A stretch of 64,000 nucleotides of DNA, from contig NC_059440.1 of assembly GCF_021028975.2 (NCBI RefSeq), positions 17,546,001 to 17,610,000 of the forward strand, in the 5' to 3' direction. The position numbers and the translations under genes are program-made. The notes under the pieces were generated by a model that was given only the letters and a program-made list of their open reading frames with translations, was not told where the DNA came from and did not search any database. Shown piece after piece: positions 45,501 to 56,820 of this stretch (position 1 is the stretch's first letter; each line of letters begins with the position of its first letter). Source of the DNA: Sphaerodactylus townsendi (taxonomy: Eukaryota).

Positions 45501-46796
45501 GGAAAAAAAGGTCTGGTTGATATCAAATAAACTTGGCGGGAAAGGGTACAGCCAGAAGGGGCTGCTGGGTGTGTTTCAATTGGCAAGCAAGTACATATGA
45601 GGAAACATGATGGTCCCTTAGATGTGTGGGTCCCAGCACCTTGAACTGAGCCCAGAAACAAATTGGAAGCCAGTGTTTTAAGCTAGGATGGATTCAAGAA
45701 GTCCTTATGGAGTCCAAAGAGGGTGTTAGGAGCCTAAAGCTAGAACAAGAACTGGCCAAGCAAATGAGCAGTGACCTGAGGTTCTCTGCAGATCAGGTCA
45801 ATGTGGTAAAGTGGTGGTCATTTCCTTTGATTCATAGACTTCTTCACACCTACCCATAGCTTATGCACAGTTGCAACCTAGCTGGAATAGCCAGAATCTC
45901 CCTTTCTTAGTATCTCAAATGTGGGACTCAATCAGCACTTAGCAAACTCCTTTCTATCCAGACCAGGCTAATTCAGCCGGTTTCTCAAAAGCCAAAAGAA
46001 CAAATGATAGTGGTTTATTAATTAAGTACACACAAAACAAAGTATGGGCAAATGCTACGGAGAGGTGAAACAGAACAGAAAAAAAGATAAACAAAAATAA
46101 AATTGCTTTGCTTAATGTCTAAATACTTACCCATCTTGAGAGGTGGATGAAACCGCTACTGGCATCTGGGTTTGGCAACAGGGCAAGATGCCAAGCTTTC
46201 ATCTGGCACACATATTTTTCTGAGCTTGGGGTGGGGGAAGATGTCCCGTTTTGGACCAATCAAAAACAATGTAAAGTTGTGGGAAGAGACAAGAGCCACT
46301 GTAGGGGAGCATAGCTGGACGTTGCCTGCTGATGGGGTGGAAGGCTATGGGACCTCTTACTGTTGCCTACTTGATGCATACCATGATCACAAGGGTGGCT
46401 ATGCCAGTTAGTAGCACAGTGTACAGGTTTACCCATTCTGTTTCCATGGAAGCAGGCCCAGTTCATTCTTAGCCACAGCCTTGTGAGCACTGCCAAAAAT
46501 CTCCTTCCTCCAGCTAGCAGGCTCTTTATTTAATTATTAATGCACCGCTTTTCTCCCTAATAGGTTACAACATTTTTCTTTCTTCCTCTATTTTATCCTC
46601 ACAACCACCACCCTATGCGGTAGATTTTGGCTGAGAGACAGTGACTGGCCCAAGGCTAATCTGTGAGCTTCTCTGGTGACAGAGTCAGGATGTGAAACTC
46701 GAACCTACACACCATACTGGTTCTTGCAGCTAGAGTCCCCTTCCTCTGGAAATAAAGTGCCTCAGGCTGATAGAACACAAATTATGTAGGTATGTG

Positions 46797-47177
46797 TGTC
46801 ATGACCCTTGCTAGGTTAGCTCAGCTCCTGCCATCTCTCTTGTTATTGGGGCCCTTTTCACCCTTTTGGCCTGAGAAAAAGAGTCAAGAATGTTATCTGC
46901 TTTTTGGAATGTGTATGTCTGGGTGGCTCGTCTTGTCTGCTTTCCTCCCCCTTCTTCTCCCCTCTAGGTTCTTCATCTCTGGGAACTGGGTGTAGTGTTT
47001 GGGAGGGCACGCGGTCTGATGTATTTCTGCTGGGAACATATCATCTGTTGCTTGTAAGGGTCTGACCAGTCCAGGCAATAAAGTTATTAGTGTTTCCTAT
47101 GCTTGCCATCAATAAAACAAGAATTCTACTTTTGAAGTACTGATTCCTGTCTTTTGAGCAAGGCTGGGGCTGTGTCA
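46797..47177 (+). mobile_element. Solo LTR
   Basis: TG...CA ends, 5-bp TSD ATGTG (46792-46796, 47178-47182), AATAAA at 47077 and 47111. Confidence 0.7.
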
Positions 47178-47191
47178 ATGTGACTATCAGA

Positions 47192-47340
47192 GCCCTTTCC
47201 GCACATGCAGAATAATGCACTTTCAGTCCCCTTTCACAATTGTTTGCGAGTGGATTTTGCTATTCTGCACAGTAAAATCCAGCTGCAAAGTGCATTGAAA
47301 ATGGATTGAAAGTGCATGATTCTGCAGGTGCGGAAAGGGC
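47192..47340. mobile_element. Palindromic MITE (possibly PIF/Harbinger-like)
   Basis: Long TIR GCCCTTTCCGCACATGCAGAAT/ATTCTGCAGGTGCGGAAAGGGC; truncated copy at ~62341. Confidence 0.75.
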
Positions 47341-47394
47341 CAGATAGAGTACAGGCTTAAACTCTGCCTGGTAAATCCTGGGAATCGTCGTTGG

Positions 47395-47557
47395 CTATTG
47401 TAAAAGGCTTTCATGGCCGGGTTCATTGTGGGTTTTCTGGGCTGTGCAGCCGTGGCCTTGTAGTTATTGCTCCTCATCTTTCACCCACAAGATGCCAGCC
47501 AGCCAAAGGTGCGGGTGAAAGGTCAGCAGCAAAAACTACCAGACCACAGCCACACAA
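47395..47557. mobile_element. Older, degenerate PLE terminal fragment
   Basis: tattgtaaaaggctttcatggccggg...accagaccacagccacaca matches the ends of the same family. Confidence 0.6.
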
Positions 47558-47619
47558 TTGCATCTGTGCATGTAGGAATTCCAAGCGTGTGTGTAGGGAG
47601 AATGCCTAGCACCCTCAAG

Positions 47620-47865
47620 AAACTACAATTCCCAGCATTCTAGGGGAGCGTCCTAATGGAAGATACGAATCCAGCTAGCCAATCAGCTCTCTCGCTGTGG
47701 CTTCAAAGCGTAATAATGGATTTAGACGGAACGGAATAGCTGCAGAACGTTGGACGGCCAATGCGACAGCTAGGCTTCGTTACCAGGGCAACGCACGTGG
47801 ATACAGAGGAAAGCGCCAGCCACGTGCTGCCGAGGGCCATTGACAGCAGCGGGCGGAGACCAGCC
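47620..47865 (+). promoter_or_regulatory. NUPR2 promoter: ZNF143-type motif, two CCAAT boxes, RFX X-box, two CACGTG E-boxes
   Basis: AACTACAATTCCCAGCA 47621-47637; CCAAT ~47679 and ~47758; GTTACCAGGGCAAC 47779-47792; CACGTG 47794-47799 and 47821-47826. Confidence 0.7.
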
Positions 47866-49491
47866 ATGGCCCCGCGGCGTAGGCAGAACCGTGCCCGCAC
47901 GGTTCCCAACCCGGCCGAGGACCCACCGCTAGGCCCAGAGGAGTCTGCTTCGACCTTGGACGAGGAGTCGGAGCGGCTGGATGACTTGCGGGAGGCGGCC
48001 GGCCGCTGCGGACCGCGGGGCCCCGGCTCGGGCGGCAAGGGCCGCAGCCGCCTTGAGAGGGAGCAGCACACCAACCGGGCCGTGCCCGCTGGCCACGAGC
48101 GCAAGATCGCCACCAAGATTCGCGCCAGCCTCGCCAAGCGGCGCCGGAAGGAGCAGAAGACGGCCGGGGCGCGGGCCAAGAGACCGGTCAAGGCTAAGGT
48201 GCGCTCTTAAGCCTGGAGCGGGACCCGACAGCACATGTCGGCGTGCGCACCTTTGCACGCCACAGAGCTCATCAGGGGGCTCCGGGGAGAGGTCCTCTTG
48301 CTGCTGTTATTTCTAAGAAAAAGCACAGCAGGTCGATAGATGAAGAAAAGGAGGAGGAGGTTGGATTTATATTCCCCTTTCTCCTGTAAGGAGACTCAAA
48401 GGGGCTTACAATCTCCTTTCCCTCCCCACCCCCAAACACCATGTAGGTGGGTAGGGCTGAGAGAGCTCCGAAGAACTCTTACCCAGCGGGCATGTGTTGG
48501 CATGCACAAGCTAATCTGGTTCTCCAGATAAACCTTTACAGCTCAAGTGGCAGAGTGGGGAATCAACCCAGGTTCTCCAGATTAGAGTGCACCTGCTCTT
48601 AACCACTACAGCATGCTGGCTCTCAGATCTGCCCAGTTATGCAAAGCCCCTTCCCATTGGACCGGTGCACCCCCTCCCTCCAAGACTTCAGTAAAGTTAA
48701 TGATCTCGCAGTGCACCTTATAACCCCACTACCGCCGTTATTCACCCCCACACAGACACACACAACCTAACTGACTCTTCGTTGCTAGGGAACGCACCCT
48801 ATAGACCCCCTCCAAATATACCACCATCATTTCCCTGGAAATGTACCTGCCCCAGGTATTCCCCCCTTCCTGGCTGAATATTGGAAGCCCCCTTTATCCT
48901 GGCATCAAAAACTTACTGGTAAGAGCCTTAAGAGTGAAAATTATTCTCAGAAAACCACAAGATCTGAGTGTCTTCCAGTTGAATGCAGCACATGTACTCA
49001 TGCAGACTGCAACAAGCGTTCCCTAGGTTAGATCAGGCCATGTTTTACCAGGTGCTTCAGTCAAATGGTCCCTCAGGAACCAGTTAGTGCACACACATAC
49101 AGTATGTGATATCATTATACATGAAAGGGCCACCCTTGTCCATGAATGCAGTTGTGTATGTTTAAAGTGCTGGCAAGGTACAGCCAATTTAGGACAACCC
49201 TGGAAAGCAGGTGTGTCAAACTGATTTGTTGCAAAGACAGGATATGACATCAATGTGACTTGGTTGGGCCAGGTTCTAGTGGGTAGAGGGTGGCTGCCTC
49301 AGTTGGTAAGCCCCCAGCAGGCTCACCAGCCCAGATTTGCATAGGGAGTGGGCGGTGGATTTGCCAGTCCAGAAGACACTGAGAATTAATAGTGCCAGTC
49401 TAGACTAACTGTGGGGCTGACATCATGACAGATACCTTTTCGTTTCTTGCAGGCTGCAAAAAAACTGACTGTCGACAACCTTGGTCTGTAG
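47866..49491 (+). CDS. NUPR2: Nuclear protein 2 / NUPR1-like (p8 family). Either 114 aa unspliced (47866-48210) or 123 aa two-exon (47866-48198 + 49453-49491)
   Basis: Kozak GCCATGG at 47866 in a CpG island. p8 motif GKGRSRLEREQHTNRAVPAGHERKIATKI. Lies upstream of CHCHD2 and PHKG1 in the same orientation, as mammalian NUPR2 does. Phase-0 donor AAG|GTGCGC at 48198 and strong acceptor ccttttcgtttcttgcag| at 49452. Confidence 0.85.
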
Positions 49492-50084
49492 CTGAAGAAA
49501 CTTCTACCGGGATCTGCTGTACTTCGGGATCTCTGCTCCTGAGTCCCCCTAGCCCTGTAAACAACTGCCAGGCTCCCTCCAAGAAACGTGCACCCTGTCT
49601 GTTCAATAACACCAAAATGTAGGGCACTTGTCCAGCATCTTCTTGTGTTACTGTATCCCATTTATATTTTTATTTAATGAATTCATTTTCTTAAATTGCC
49701 AGTTTCCTTCCCAAACAGAACTGTTTCCAAGATGACAAAAATCAACGTTCCGTGGAGGAGTGTAACGCTGACATCACTCTAACAACACAGTCCAGACCAT
49801 GGAGGCGGCAGGGGATGGCACTGTTGGCGCACCAATCCTTCGCCTCCAGAACTTCATCTGGAGGCATGGGGAGGGAGAAAACAGTAAAAGCCTTCCCTGC
49901 CTCCAGAAAGCCCTCCACTGGGCCAAGAGGGTGGCATAAATCCAAGGCCAGGCTCTTAAGTTCAACTGGCTACAAATGGGCTTACTCCCCATTTCCCACA
50001 GCTGGGACTTCTAGCTTTTGCGGCGGCACTAAGGGGCATCCAGCTCCAGAGGTATACACTCTGAAAGTAAATCAAATGTTTTAG

Positions 50085-50088
50085 TTTT

Positions 50089-50128
<40 letters not shown>
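50085..50128. repeat. (TTTA)n microsatellite
   Basis: About 10 TTTA units at the tail of a minus-strand retroelement remnant. Confidence 0.9.
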
Positions 50129-51173
50129 TATCCCTCCCTTCCCAACAGAGCTCAGGGCGGCAAACAACAATACATGCTAAAAACAATACAATACAAAACC
50201 AATAATACAAATAAGCATATCTGGCCCACTTGAGATCAGAGAGTCATTTCATTCACATTTGTTCAAATTGCACCAGTGGGATGTTTTCCTGCAAGGCTGT
50301 ATTTGGCTCCAGACGGAGCCCCAAGTCATTCAAATCCCCATGAGCACCTTATGAGGCAAATCACTTTTGAGATGGGGGTCATCTTCAAATGTATCTGCAA
50401 TCCTTAACTCAATGCCTGGAGCCTTCCTTGAGTAGGTAAACTGACCCCCAAGCTTGCCCTCCTCAGCAATCAACTGCAAGGCATAAAATTGATTGTTGTT
50501 TTGTAGTGTATCCTCCATGTGTGTGCTTTTTTTAAAAAAAATACACAGTTCCTTTCAGGTTTAAGTTGTCAAAGATCATCCTTAAGAAAGAAATGTCCAT
50601 CAACTTGTCCATGAGCTTGACAGGCAGAAATCAAATAATCTTATTTACTTTGTAGTCTGCTTTTCTCATTCAGACTCAAGGCAGGTTATTACACAGAGTT
50701 CATCAATTCAGTTGATGGATGGCACATTCGGTAAACAATACAATAAGAATTAGGGTTGTAGAACCAACCAGAAGGCAAAAAAACCCAAACCTGAACTGAA
50801 GCAAAGCATAAGTATTAACACACATGAAATGATGCAGAATTCCATGGTAGGATCCCAGTGCCTGCAAGCTATAAAAAGAAGTCCAGGCCTCAGTCTGTAA
50901 AGTAACTTTGTGAAGCCGTTTGTAGAAGTGGTACCCTGTTGCCTGCATAAAAAAGCCCTCTTGTATCATTCCTTTTTTGTGTCACTTGCAGAAAGCCAGG
51001 AGAATGAGTGAATTTCAAATGTGAATTCTTTATGCAGTTAGCTAGAACAAAATTAGCAGTTAGCTGGACTGAAGGGTCCTAATTTAAAAAGGGGGAGGGA
51101 ACTGACGGACACAGGATGTCTGATTTTTTCCCCTTTTCTAGTTTTTGTAATCCCCGATCTAGTACATTGCTTA

Positions 51174-51321
51174 CAGGGGTGGCCAACCTATGGCACTCCA
51201 GATGTTCACGGACTACAATTCCCAGCAACCCCAGCCAGCATGGCCAATTGGCTATGCTTGCAGTGGCTGATGGGAACTGTAGTCCATGAACATCTGGGGT
51301 GCCATAGGTTGGCCACCCCGG
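51174..51321. mobile_element. Palindromic hAT MITE upstream of the CHCHD2 promoter
   Basis: TIR CAGGGGTGGCCAACCTATGGCAC/GTGCCATAGGTTGGCCACCCC. Confidence 0.85.
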
Positions 51322-51324
51322 GAT

Positions 51325-51800
51325 ATTAGGTGTAGCCCCGCCCATTTCCAAGAATGAAAATAGAGTCGGCCCGCCTTTCTTTCTGACATAGTAGGTGTGG
51401 CCCCGCCCATCTCCCTGTCTCTTTCTGACATAAGGGGCGGGGTCAAGCGCGTCCCTCCCGCCTCTAGGCCGCGGCGCAAGCCTTATGGCGTTGTCAAAAG
51501 TTGCGCAGGCGCAGTTGAAGCGAGGAGCAGCGTTTTGCCGGCGACCTTGAGAAAAGGGGGGAGGGTTGTCGGTTGACCGGAAGCGGAAGACGAACCAAAA
51601 AAAAGCACGTCGCAGCGGAGACAGGGAAGCTAGAGAGAAGAAGCGACCCTAGAACGAAGCTCATTTAGTGCCGTCGTCATTATGCCTCGGGGAAGCCGAA
51701 GCCGGACATCCCGCATGGCCCCACCGGCCAGGTAATGGGGAAGGGAACGCCACAGGGTCAGACGCAAGAGTAGATAGTATGCTGCGCATGTGCGGAATGA
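51325..51800 (+). promoter_or_regulatory. CHCHD2 CpG promoter with mitochondrial-biogenesis motifs
   Basis: Three GC boxes (~51335, ~51400, ~51433), NRF1 TGCGCAGGCGCA 51502-51513, ERRE-like CGACCTTGA 51542-51550, tandem ETS/GABP CCGGAAGCGGAAG 51577-51589, NRF1-like TGCGCATGTGCG ~51783. Confidence 0.8.
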
Positions 51801-54800
51801 ACAGGCCCAACATGGGTATCGTCCTCATTGGGTTGGATCTAGCCCAGGGGTCTACAACCTACGGCTCTCCAGATGTTCATGGACTACAATTCCCATCAGC
51901 CCCTGCCACCCATGGCCAATTGGAGAGCCGCAGGTTGCAGACCCCTGATCTAGCCGCTCTCCAAGGACTCTTTCTTCCCTCAAACATTGCCCTTTCCGCA
52001 AGGGAAAAGCTGTTTTAATATTGGTGGGACCCCCTTAGAACGGAAGGAAGCTCAAACTTGAGTTCACAATAAATGTAAGGTCTGATGAATTTCGTCAAAG
52101 AAACTTTGCTCGGCTTGCCTATGATTCCTAGGCGGTTTCCTTTCTAGGATGTCTGTAGGGCCCAATCTGCTTAGCCTTGGCATTGATCTCATTATTCTGA
52201 AGACTAAAGTGATAAAGAAATAAGAACACGGCCTCCTGGCATCAAGGTTCTTTCATTGGTTTAATCCTTTCTCTGACCTGATGAGTTGGGCAACAGGCCT
52301 TATCTGTGAATGTTTAACCAGCTTAAAGAGACGAGCTGTTTTGTAACACTTTCATTTGACTGAAGACGTTTTGACCGCTGATCTCAAAGGGATATTCTTA
52401 GTGAAATGTTACAGATGTATTGCCTCTATAGAGGGGGGAAATGACAAGAATTGGAATTTTGGATTATTTCAAGTGGTATCTGAGCTATCTAATAATGGGC
52501 ACTGTTAACCTTGATCACCCCACAGGCAAAACCTTATCCCTGCCCATTTATGGCTTGAATTGGGGCTCTGACTTGCAGATTTCAAAAAGCAATTATTGTG
52601 TTCTGAATGAGAATCATAGAGTTGGAAGAGAGCCTAAGGACCATCAAGTCCAACCCCCTGCCATTCAGTAACACACAATCAAAGCGCTCCTCACAGATGG
52701 CCATCTAGCCTCTCTTTATAAACCTCCAAAGAAGGAGACTCCACCACACTTGGAGGCAGTGCATTCCTCTGTTGAACAGCCCTTACTGTCAGGAAGTTTT
52801 TCCTGATGTTTAGGTGGAATCTCTTTTCCTTCACCTTGAACTCCTGGTCTCTGGAGCAGCAGAAAACAAGCTTGCTTCCTCACCAACATGACAACCATTC
52901 AAATATCTGAACATGGCTGTCATGTCACCTCATAAGAGAGGCAAACTGGAAGTCTTTAAGGGGCTAGGTAATTCTTTATGTTTCATACAGGTGTACACTC
53001 CCTATTTGTTTGCTCATGAGGGATTACACATAGTTGTGTGAAGCTACCCTAAGATCCTCCTCTATTCTTTATTAGAAGTGAATGGCCTAGGCATATCCTA
53101 CCTCATCAGATTTCAGAAGATAAGCAGTGTTAGCCCTGGTTAGTACTTGAATGGTAGACCACTAAGGATGTCCTGGGTTTCTACACAGAAGTAGGCAATG
53201 GCAAACTGCCTCTATTAATTTCTTACCTTGAAAACATTATGGAATTGCCGTAAATCACCTGTGACTTGACTGCACTTTCCTCCATAACAATGTACATTAA
53301 ACATTTGCTGTGAAAACGTTCATGTAAGCAAAGGTTAGAAGTTGTGGCATGTGTGGTTTATGTTTAAATCATTAGACTAAGAAGGAGGGGCAGATCTTGG
53401 TTCAAATGCCCTGCCTCCTTGGAGAGAGGGCAAGATGAAAATATGTTACCCTGCACTTTAAGCAGGACACTGTATTCCTGCTTTCTCCTTTCTTCAGTTC
53501 CACTTATATTGACAACAAAGGTGTTAGAGTGGAAATGGAAGTAAACTGAGTAAGAGAACTTTTCCCTGCATATTCAAGGCCAGGAGCCATTTAAAAGAAA
53601 AATCTGTTTAAACTTTATCTCACTGAGTAGCAAGCAATTCTGGATATGCAAATTTTTCCCTTGCCTTCACAGCCGGGCTCCACCAATGCGAGCAGCAGCA
53701 CCACCAGCTGCGCATGCCCCTGTCCCAGCACCCGCACCTGCGTCAGCAGTGGCTTCTCCTGCCCCCAGGCAGCCAGGCCTGATGGCCCAGATGGCTACCA
53801 CAGCTGCTGGCGTGGCTGTGGGCTCTGCTGTCGGGCACACGCTCGGACACGCAATGACTGGAGGATTTGGGGGCGGCTCTGAAGCTGCAAGGCCAGACAT
53901 CACTTACCAGGTAAGTGTGGAGGGGGACGTTTTCTGCCTTGCTGGTTTTTATACGTGGTGAGTAAAACTTAGTCCCACGTAACTCTTCTCCCACCACCCC
54001 CATACCAAAAAGAAATGTTGGGAAGTTGTTGGGCCGGCACTCACTTCTCACCCAAGGAACAAGGCTTATCCTTTGAGTTAGCAACAGGTTTGGCTGGTGG
54101 GAGTGAACTCTGACCTTTGGGATCAAAGGAAGAAATGAGAAATAAATGCCTCCTTGAATAAGGCCCCACAGCGGTCTTTATGTCCCAGAGTATTTGGAGG
54201 TCTGGAAGTCAAAAGAATGCACAACAACAAACGCAGTAGCTGTTCTGCAATAAATTATTTTAACGTATGTGTTGAGTGAGAACAGAATACTAAATGAAAA
54301 CAGTTCAGCTCTCAAGATTTTTGTTGTCATCTTTTAATCTGAATGCTTTAGGAGGGCAGCGGAAGCTTTCTGTGAAACAACAGTTAAGCAAACTGGGGAC
54401 TTGTGAAGAAGGGGAGACAACTAAGAAACCCCACTATACTCTTCAAAAACTCCTCCCAATTCTTTCAACTGAGTCTCACTTAGTCCATTTCTGAAGGTTT
54501 TCTGAACCACTCTCAGCCCCACCCACCTCACAGGGTGTGGTGTGGGGGGAGGGAAAGGAGATTGTAAGCCCCTTTGAGTCTCCTTACAGGAGAGAACGGG
54601 AGATATCAATCCAAATTAAGCTCTCTCCTGCCATCTAATTTCTGTTGTGCTTCCCCATCAGGAGCCGCAGGCTGCCCAGCCCGCAGCGCAGCAGTCTCAG
54701 TACACACCCTGCCAGTATGAAATGAAGCAATTCCTGGAGTGTGCCCAGAACCAGTCGGATCTGAAGCTGTGTGAGGGGTTCAGCGAGGTCTTGAAGCAGT

Positions 54801-56001
54801 GCCGTTTTGCAAATGGTAAGGAGCGTATTTTGGGGCAAGGAGTCTTGTAACGCACAGAAGTAAGCTGCATCACTGCAGTCGAAAGCTCTGTTTACAACCT
54901 GAGTTTGATCCCAACGGAAGTCAGTTTCAGGTAGTTGATTCAAGGTTGGTTCAGGCTTCCATCCTTAAAAAATTAAAAAACAAGAGGACCATAACCAGTT
55001 GATATACAGATTGTTGATGGAAAGAAACAGTAACGCTGCACTGATTTAGATAATAGCAGTAACAGTTGCATGTGGGATTGTAAAAAGCCAAAATGTGTAG
55101 GTTTTGAATTTCAATACAGCTATTGTTATAGAAAGGTTCTCTTTTTAATAACCAGGCTGTACAGTTTCCTGAAGAGCATATACTGTCTGACCTCCACCCA
55201 TCCCCAAGTAACTGACAGGCTTCTGAAGTCAAACTTTCATAATCAAACCTGGCACCTTTCTGGTTCTCTCTACAATCCATTGTGTCTGGAAGTCCGACAC
55301 TAGCACAAATGACGAATAATGCCATGTCAGTATTTGGTGTAGACTGAGTACCCAGCCTGATGTCTTCAGTCTTTGATCAAAGCTTCGTGCTCTTCTATAC
55401 TCGCATTTAAAGTTCCATTTGTGATCAAAAAGAATGCTGTATTGGATTTGGTTTGTTAGATGTATATACTGCTCGTCCCTGTATAGGCTTGGAGCAGTTT
55501 TCAAAGTTTCCAATACAGCTACCTGACAGATAAGACTGAAACTTAAAACCAATAATTCCTTCTGTAAGAACTGGAAATGATTGAATAGATAAGGGCTGCT
55601 TTTTCCCTTGTCCTGTGGGGCCCTCATAGAGTTTTCAATCCTGTGGGGCCCTCATAGAATTTTGAGGACGGGGAGTTGGTGTCACCACAAGAGGTAGAGG
55701 ATTGGGGGCGCTCAGAGAATGCTGGGAAATTGCAACCTGAGCATCCCTTCTCCTATGAAGTCAGTTGTTGCTGAGGTCTCCTGTTCCAGCCAAATGCAGG
55801 AAAGCCAGGGTTGACTCTCCCTTGGGAAAGAGGCAAATGGGCACCAAATCTATCAGTGGGAACACTGGGCACCATGTTGCAGATCACCGCCTCATAGGGT
55901 AACAGTTATTTGCTGAATGCTTTGATTTTTTTCTGGCCAATGACCTCTGATGCTCATCAGTGTCTTTCTTTTGTTCTTCTCAATCCACAGGTCTAGCCTA
56001 G
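51682..56001 (+). CDS. CHCHD2: Coiled-coil-helix-coiled-coil-helix domain protein 2 (mitochondrial), complete, 4 exons, 150 aa
   Basis: Exons 51682-51731 ([17 protein letters not shown]), 53673-53910 ([27 protein letters not shown]), 54662-54815 (twin CX9C: [11 protein letters not shown]...[11 protein letters not shown]) and 55991-56001 (GLA*). AATAAA at 56271-56276. Confidence 0.98.
51845..51947. mobile_element. Internally deleted hAT MITE in CHCHD2 intron 1
   Basis: TIR CAGGGGTCT/AGACCCCTG; TSD ATCTAGCC (51837-51844, 51948-51955). Confidence 0.88.
53085..53280 (+). mobile_element. 5S rRNA-derived SINE
   Basis: Head ...CAGAAGATAAGCAGTGTTAGCCCTGGTTAGTACTTGAATGGTAGACC resembles the 5S internal promoter. 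Related copies at ~25058-25220(+), ~18230-18415(-) and split 8600-8702/9468-9530(-). Confidence 0.65.
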
Positions 56002-56374
56002 CAGCTGGGCGGAACGAAGTCCAAATCCATTAACGAATGATGCTTCACTAGTAAAATTCTCTTTGAAGACGAAAAAGCTGTCTAGCATTTCTCATTTGTT
56101 TGCAACCAGCTGACCAGCTGCTCCCCCGCAAGAGCATGGAGTCCTTTTCCCTGGGGAAAAGATGGTGGTGATCTAGTTCAGCATCCATTGGGGGGCTAGA
56201 GGGGTGGGCCCAACCACACTGTCCGTCCTTGCTCGTCTGCCTGTTAGTGGTGTGCTGACTTGAGCCTTAGAATAAAAGTTGATTGCTGTTCAGAAAAATG
56301 TGTCCTGAAGTACCTGGTCTGTCGCGAATTTAGTTAGTTATATCCTCCCAAGCTAAGTAGCATATCAGGCAACA

Positions 56375-56820
56375 AGTGCTCTTCAGCCTTTCCGGTCTTG
56401 GGTGAGTGTTTCAGCCTCTTCCAATGCAATATCAAGTTTTTTCAGGTCTTGCTCAAATGTTCTCCTCCCAAGTGTTTCGGGGGCATCCTCGCTGTCATTT
56501 GGCATCAGGAGGAAACCACCTCATTGCCGTTTTTGGGATCCAACCGTTCTCCATGCGAAGGACGTGGCCATCTGGTCCAAGTCTTCTGTGTTCAACGATG
56601 ATATGGAGTTTGCACATGCCGCTCCTTTGGAGCACCTCTTCGTTAGTGATGCGATCATAATATTGGACCTTCAGGATTTGGCGTAGGCACTCCTGCTGGA
56701 ATACGTCGAGCCTGTTGTTGATACCTGTTGATGCCTTCCAGGTCTCGCTAGCATCAGTGGCTGTCGGGATCACAATGGAGGTGAATAGGCGGAGCTTGGT
56801 CTTTAGGGCAGCGGTAGGGC
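56375..56820 (-). mobile_element. RTE-clade LINE 3' fragment
   Basis: SETW...RLDVFQQECLRQILKVQYYDRITNEEVLQR...GHVLRM...IPK. Confidence 0.8.

Noticed and set aside
47703-48316. Antisense and alternate-frame ORFs over NUPR2, and the in-frame upstream ATG at 47761
   Set aside because: GC-rich shadows. The 47761 ATG lies among promoter motifs (CCAAT, X-box), whereas 47866 has a strong Kozak context.
53085-53175. 5S rRNA gene
   Set aside because: Too diverged, and attached to a SINE body; treated as a 5S-derived SINE.
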